A stretch of 64,000 nt of DNA from Thiobacillus sp. (GTDB lineage: Bacteria; Pseudomonadota; Gammaproteobacteria; Burkholderiales; Thiobacillaceae). The notes below the pieces were generated by a model, which was not told the DNA's origin, did no database searches, and saw only the letters and a program-made list of their open reading frames with translations. Positions 59,743 to 64,000 of the stretch are shown here, one piece after another. Position 1 is the first letter of the stretch. Each line of letters starts with the position of its first letter. Where the stretch lies: NCBI GenBank assembly GCA_016124745.1, contig WGNC01000013.1:2378-66377 (forward strand), in the 5' to 3' direction. Position numbers and translations under genes: made by a program.

Positions 59743-61683
59743 ATGCAAAGCGCTTCCGCCATCGCCCTCGTCGGCAATCCCAACGTCGGCAAATCCGTCC
59801 TGTTTCACCGGCTGACCGGCGCGTACGTCAACGTCTCCAACTATCCCGGTACCACGGTGGAGGTGGCCCGCGCGCCGGCCCGTTTCGATGCGGCGGTTGA
59901 CCTCGTCGACACACCCGGCGTGCTGACCCTGCCGGCCCGCAGCGACGACGAGCGCGCCACCATGCGGGCGCTGCTGTACGAACCGCTGCAGGCCGTGATC
60001 CAGGTGGGCGATGCAAAGAACCTGCGCCGCACGTTGACGCTGACGGCATTGCTGGCCGAACTCGGCATCCCCGCCGTGCTGGCGCTCAACATGCACGACG
60101 AAGCCAGCGCGCGCGGCGTGACCGTGGATGCGCAGGCGCTCAGCGAAGCACTCGCGATTCCGGTCGTGCCCACGGTGGCCACCGGCGGTGAGGGCATCGC
60201 GCAACTGACGCGCAGTCTGGCCGATGCGCGCACGCTGCAGCCACTGCTGCATTACGACGGCACGGCGGAATCGGCGCTTGCCGAGATGGCAGCGCGCATC
60301 GCCGATCTTGCACCGCATCCGCTTCTGACAGCACGCGGGCTGGCCATTCTGTACCTGGGGCAGGACAGCGAAGTCGAAGCCTGGCTGAAGGAGGCGACGG
60401 GCGACGCCTACACCGAGCTTGCCTCGGCCCGCGATTCTGCCCATGCGCAGGGCGTCACCCCTGCAGCGCTGGCGCACGAACGCGGCGAAGCGGCTGGCAC
60501 GCTAGCCACCCGCGTCACCAAACGCACCGCGCAGGCCAGCCCGCTGCTGGCGCACCGCGTCGGTCAGTGGATCATCCACCGGGTGTGGGCATGGCCGATC
60601 CTGCTCGGCGTGCTGTTTGCGGTGTACGAATTCGTCGGTGTGTTCGGCGCCGGCACGCTGGTCGCCCTGATGGAGAACGACCTGTTCGGGAATGTACTGA
60701 ATCCGGTGGTCACCCAGTTCGCCCACAAGTACATCAGCGTGCCCTGGCTGGCCGACCTGCTGGTCGGACAATACGGACTCTGGACCATGGGCATGACGTA
60801 CGCGCTGGCGCTGATTCTGCCCATCGTCACCACCTTTTTTATCGCGTTCGGTCTGCTGGAAGATTCCGGCTACTTTGCCCGGCTGTCCGTGCTGGCCAAT
60901 CGCCTGTTCAAGCTAATCGGCCTCAACGGTCGCGCCGTGCTGCCGATGGTGCTGGGTCTTGGCTGCGTCACCATGGCCACGCTCACCACGCGCATCCTGC
61001 ACAGCCCACGCGAACGCCTCATTACCATTTTCCTGATGGCGCTGGCGATCCCCTGCTCGGCGCAGCTCGGAGTCGTGCTGGGCCTGCTGGGCGGCATCTC
61101 CTTCTCGGCGCTGCTGGTCTGGGTCGTATCGATGGTCGCCGTGCTGATGCTGGCGGGCTTTCTGGCCGCCAAGCTGATTCCCGGCCGGCGCATTCCGCTG
61201 GTCACCGAAATGCCGCCGATCAGGCTGCCGCTCATGGGCAACGTCGCCAAGAAAACCGTGGGACGCTTGAAGTGGTACCTGATCGAGGTCATTCCGCTGT
61301 TCCTGCTGGGCACCCTGATCATGTTCCTACTCGACCGCTTCGGCGCCCTGCCCGCGATCATCCGCGCCGGCGAACCGCTGGTATCGGGCTGGCTGGGGCT
61401 GCCTCCGGAAGCCAGCGCGGCCTTCGTGATGGGATTCCTGCGGCGCGACTTCGGCGCCACCGGCTTGTTCGCAATGAGCCATCAGCTGTCCCCGATCCAG
61501 GCTGTGGTCGGCATGGTGACCATCACGCTTTTCGTGCCCTGCATCGCCAGCGTGATGATGATCATCAAGGAGCAAGGCATGAAAGTCACCGCCGCCATGC
61601 TGGCGCTCATTATTCCCTTTGCGTTCCTGATCGGCGGGATTCTCAACCATCTGCTGCGTGCGGTATGGGGAGCAGGCGCATGA
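59743..61683 (+). CDS. feoB: Ferrous iron transporter FeoB
   Basis: GNPNVGKS, NYPGTTVE, DTPG, LNMHDE; LEDSGYFAR, LGCV, AIPCSAQL, FVPCIAS. Confidence 0.95.
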   Translation: MQSASAIALVGNPNVGKSVLFHRLTGAYVNVSNYPGTTVEVARAPARFDAAVDLVDTPGVLTLPARSDDERATMRALLYEPLQAVIQVGDAKNLRRTLTLTALLAELGIPAVLALNMHDEASARGVTVDAQALSEALAIPVVPTVATGGEGIAQLTRSLADARTLQPLLHYDGTAESALAEMAARIADLAPHPLLTARGLAILYLGQDSEVEAWLKEATGDAYTELASARDSAHAQGVTPAALAHERGEAAGTLATRVTKRTAQASPLLAHRVGQWIIHRVWAWPILLGVLFAVYEFVGVFGAGTLVALMENDLFGNVLNPVVTQFAHKYISVPWLADLLVGQYGLWTMGMTYALALILPIVTTFFIAFGLLEDSGYFARLSVLANRLFKLIGLNGRAVLPMVLGLGCVTMATLTTRILHSPRERLITIFLMALAIPCSAQLGVVLGLLGGISFSALLVWVVSMVAVLMLAGFLAAKLIPGRRIPLVTEMPPIRLPLMGNVAKKTVGRLKWYLIEVIPLFLLGTLIMFLLDRFGALPAIIRAGEPLVSGWLGLPPEASAAFVMGFLRRDFGATGLFAMSHQLSPIQAVVGMVTITLFVPCIASVMMIIKEQGMKVTAAMLALIIPFAFLIGGILNHLLRAVWGAGA

Positions 61684-61928
61684 GCCCGACCGATCACATT
61701 GCCCGCGTCCCGTTGAGCTTCCTGCTGCCCGGTGTGCAGGCACGCGTGGAGGATATCGATGAGGCCGTCAGCCCAACCCAGCGCGAGCAATTGGTGGCCT
61801 ATGGCCTCGCCCCCAACCGTCCGCTTGTCGTGTTGCAGCAGCGGCCGATGACCATCGTGATGATCGACGAGGTCGAGCTTGCCCTGGAATGCAGCGTGGC
61901 ACGCCACGTCTGGGTCAAGCGACGCTGA
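61680..61928 (+). CDS. feoA: FeoA-family SH3-like protein
   Basis: REQLVAYGLAPN...LALECSVARHVWV; ATGA overlap with the feoB stop. Confidence 0.8.
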   Translation: MSPTDHIARVPLSFLLPGVQARVEDIDEAVSPTQREQLVAYGLAPNRPLVVLQQRPMTIVMIDEVELALECSVARHVWVKRR

Positions 61929-62017
61929 AATCGGTCCGGCTAGTGCGCGGGGTAAGACCTTCGCTGCGCATAAGCCCTACAATGACCTTCCCGATCCCGG
62001 GAGGCCTGTAGTGAATC

Positions 62018-62644
62018 ATGATGCGTTTCGACCCTGACTGCCGCGCCTGCCCGCGCCTGGCAAATTTTCTCAATGAAGTGTGCGCCCGTCACCCCGACTA
62101 TCATGCCCGTCCGGTACCCGCCTTCGGCGACCCCAAACCAGGTCTGTTGATTGTCGGTCTCGCCCCGGGATTGCACGGCGCCAACCGCAGCGGTCGCCCT
62201 TTCACCGGCGACTATGCCGGGGTGCTGCTGTATCAGACCCTGCATCAGTTCGGCTACGCCAGCGCACCGGAATCGGTGTCGGTCGATGATGGCCTGCAAC
62301 TCATCGGCTGCCGCATCACCAACGCAGTGAAATGCCTGCCCCCCGCCAACAAGCCGGAGCCAGCCGAGATCCGCGAGTGCAACCGCTTTCTCGCAGCCGA
62401 ACTGGCCGACGTGCCCGAGCAGGCCAGCATTCTGGCGCTCGGCCAGATCGCACACCAGGCGGTCCTGCGCGCGCTGAACCTGAGGCTCAAGGATTACCCC
62501 TTTGGCCACGCCAGCGACCACCGTCTGCCGGATGGCCGGCGGCTGGTCAGCAGCTACCACTGCTCCCGCTACAATACCCAAACCCGCCGTCTCACCCCCG
62601 AGATGTTCGCGGCGGTATTCACGATGATCCAAGCAAAGGATTGA
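62018..62644 (+). CDS. Uracil-DNA glycosylase, Fe-S type (family 5-like)
   Basis: CRACPRL, VGLAPGLHGANRSGRPFTGD, NAVKCLPPANKP, SYHCSRYNTQT. Confidence 0.9.
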   Translation: MMRFDPDCRACPRLANFLNEVCARHPDYHARPVPAFGDPKPGLLIVGLAPGLHGANRSGRPFTGDYAGVLLYQTLHQFGYASAPESVSVDDGLQLIGCRITNAVKCLPPANKPEPAEIRECNRFLAAELADVPEQASILALGQIAHQAVLRALNLRLKDYPFGHASDHRLPDGRRLVSSYHCSRYNTQTRRLTPEMFAAVFTMIQAKD

Positions 62645-62646
62645 CC

Positions 62647-62835
62647 ATGCCCGTCGTCACCATCAAGCTCGCTGGCAGTCTCAGCCGCGACCAGAAACAG
62701 AAAGTCGCCGAGGAAATTACTGCCACCCTGGAGCGCCATGCAGGCAAACCGGCATCGTATACCTACATTGCGTTCGAGGAACTGCCTGACGGGAACTGGG
62801 CGATAGCGGGCAAGCTGCTCGACGAAGACGACTGA
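62647..62835 (+). CDS. 4-oxalocrotonate tautomerase family protein
   Basis: Catalytic Pro after the initiator Met (MPVVTIK), QKQKVAEEIT, NWAIAGK. Confidence 0.88.
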   Translation: MPVVTIKLAGSLSRDQKQKVAEEITATLERHAGKPASYTYIAFEELPDGNWAIAGKLLDEDD

Positions 62836-62838
62836 ACC

Positions 62839-64000
62839 TTGAGCGTAGACAGGGACTTCCTCGCCTCGCTGCCCACCTTGCCCGGCGTTTACCGCATGGT
62901 CGGCCCGGAAGGGGTCGTGCTCTATGTCGGTAAGGCAAAAGATCTGAAGAAGCGCGTCTCGAGCTATTTCCAGAAAACCGATCAGAGCCCGCGCATCCGG
63001 CTGATGCTCAGAAGCGTCGACCACATCGATACCACAGTGACGCGCACCGAGGCCGAAGCCCTGCTGCTGGAAAACAATCTCATCAAGGGGCTGAAGCCTC
63101 GCTTCAACATCCTGTTCCGCGACGACAAGTCCTACCCCTATCTGCTTCTCACCGGGCACCGCTTTCCGCGCCTTGCGTACTTTCGCGGCACGCCAAAGAA
63201 ATCCGACCAGGCGTTTGGCCCCTACCCCAATTCGTATGCCGTGCGCGAAAGCATCCAGTTGCTGCAGAAGGTGTTTCAGTTGCGCACCTGCGAGGACTCG
63301 GTGTTCGCCAACCGTTCGCGGCCCTGCCTGCTGCACCAGATCAAGCGCTGCACCGCGCCGTGCGTCAACCATATTTCGGCGGAAACCTATGCGCGCGATG
63401 TCGAAGCGGCGGCACAGTTGCTGCACGGAGAGGCGAGTGCACTGAACGAGGCCATCACCGAGCAGATGAACGCTGCGGCGGTCGCGCTCGATTTCGAGAC
63501 TGCCGCCACTCTGCGCGACCGACTGCGCATGCTGGCGACGGTGCGCGAAAAGCAGTTCGTCGACACCACGGGCAGCGATGCCGATGCCGATGTGGTGGCC
63601 GTTGCCGAAGTTGCGGGGGTGATCGCAGTCAATCTCACGATGATCCGCGGAGGACGCCATCTGGGCGACCGCAGCTTCTTTCCGCAACATGGCGAAGGAG
63701 CGACACGGGCCGAAGCACTGGAAGCCTTTGTCGCCCAGCACTATCTCGACCATCCGATCCCGGCGCGCATCCTGGTCAGCGAAGCGCTCGAGACCGATGC
63801 CCTGGAGGCATTGCTTTCCGAGCAGTCGGGGAAAAAGGTCGGCCTCCTGCACCGCGTTACCGGTGAGCGCCGCGTCTGGATCGACATGGCGCAAGCCAAT
63901 GCACGTCTCTCGGCCGAGCGGCGCAGCACCGATCGCACGCATCAGTCGCTAAGGCTGACCGCGTTGCGCGATACGCTGGACCTGCCTCAGCTCAACCGCA
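62839..64000 (+). CDS. uvrC: Excinuclease ABC subunit C (3' end beyond window)
   Basis: LPTLPGVYRM, LYVGKAKDLKKRVSSYF, EAEALLLENNLIK, FRDDKSYPY, RPCLLHQIKRCTAPC; TTG start at 62839. Confidence 0.96.
   Translation, partial: MSVDRDFLASLPTLPGVYRMVGPEGVVLYVGKAKDLKKRVSSYFQKTDQSPRIRLMLRSVDHIDTTVTRTEAEALLLENNLIKGLKPRFNILFRDDKSYPYLLLTGHRFPRLAYFRGTPKKSDQAFGPYPNSYAVRESIQLLQKVFQLRTCEDSVFANRSRPCLLHQIKRCTAPCVNHISAETYARDVEAAAQLLHGEASALNEAITEQMNAAAVALDFETAATLRDRLRMLATVREKQFVDTTGSDADADVVAVAEVAGVIAVNLTMIRGGRHLGDRSFFPQHGEGATRAEALEAFVAQHYLDHPIPARILVSEALETDALEALLSEQSGKKVGLLHRVTGERRVWIDMAQANARLSAERRSTDRTHQSLRLTALRDTLDLPQLNR

Overview
GC-rich betaproteobacterial chromosome segment; a Thiobacillus-like organism is my inference from gene content and order. 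Most of it is conserved housekeeping: nadC, pgeF-rluD/bamD, glnB-nadE-sucDC, the rpsB-tsf-pyrH-frr-uppS-cdsA-dxr-rseP-bamA-skp-lpxD-fabZ-lpxA-lpxB-rnhB block, map-glnD, def, rsuA-like, mtnP, hpt, ampD, purT, typA, rmuC, tRNA-Ser(TGA), acpS, nagZ, feoB/feoA, a UDG and a partial uvrC. No CRISPR array, rRNA, integrase or transposase was seen. The accessory or unexplained parts are: (1) a Lig E-type exported DNA ligase, a 137-bp CTAG-flanked MITE-like element, and a Met/Gly-rich periplasmic protein next to a broken small membrane gene (1.2-3.3 kb); (2) a roughly 3.6-kb insert between rpsB and map with a two-component system, a 10-bp-periodic GACAC array, a Tat-exported DUF2202 ferritin-like protein and a Gly-Ala repeat protein; (3) an orphan FlaF-like gene plus a small ORF behind a near-consensus sigma-28 promoter, followed by about 600 bp of unexplained repeat-bearing DNA; (4) an AAA ATPase / HExxH-vWA / Cys-depleted Hsp33 operon; (5) a FimW/PilZ-like gene behind a sigma-54-type promoter; (6) a decayed tRNA-Ser copy just upstream of the intact tRNA; (7) a Fur-boxed iron locus hemP-bfd-small Cys-rich ORF-OprB-like porin-feoB-feoA. 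All family assignments come from motif recognition by eye; no database was searched.
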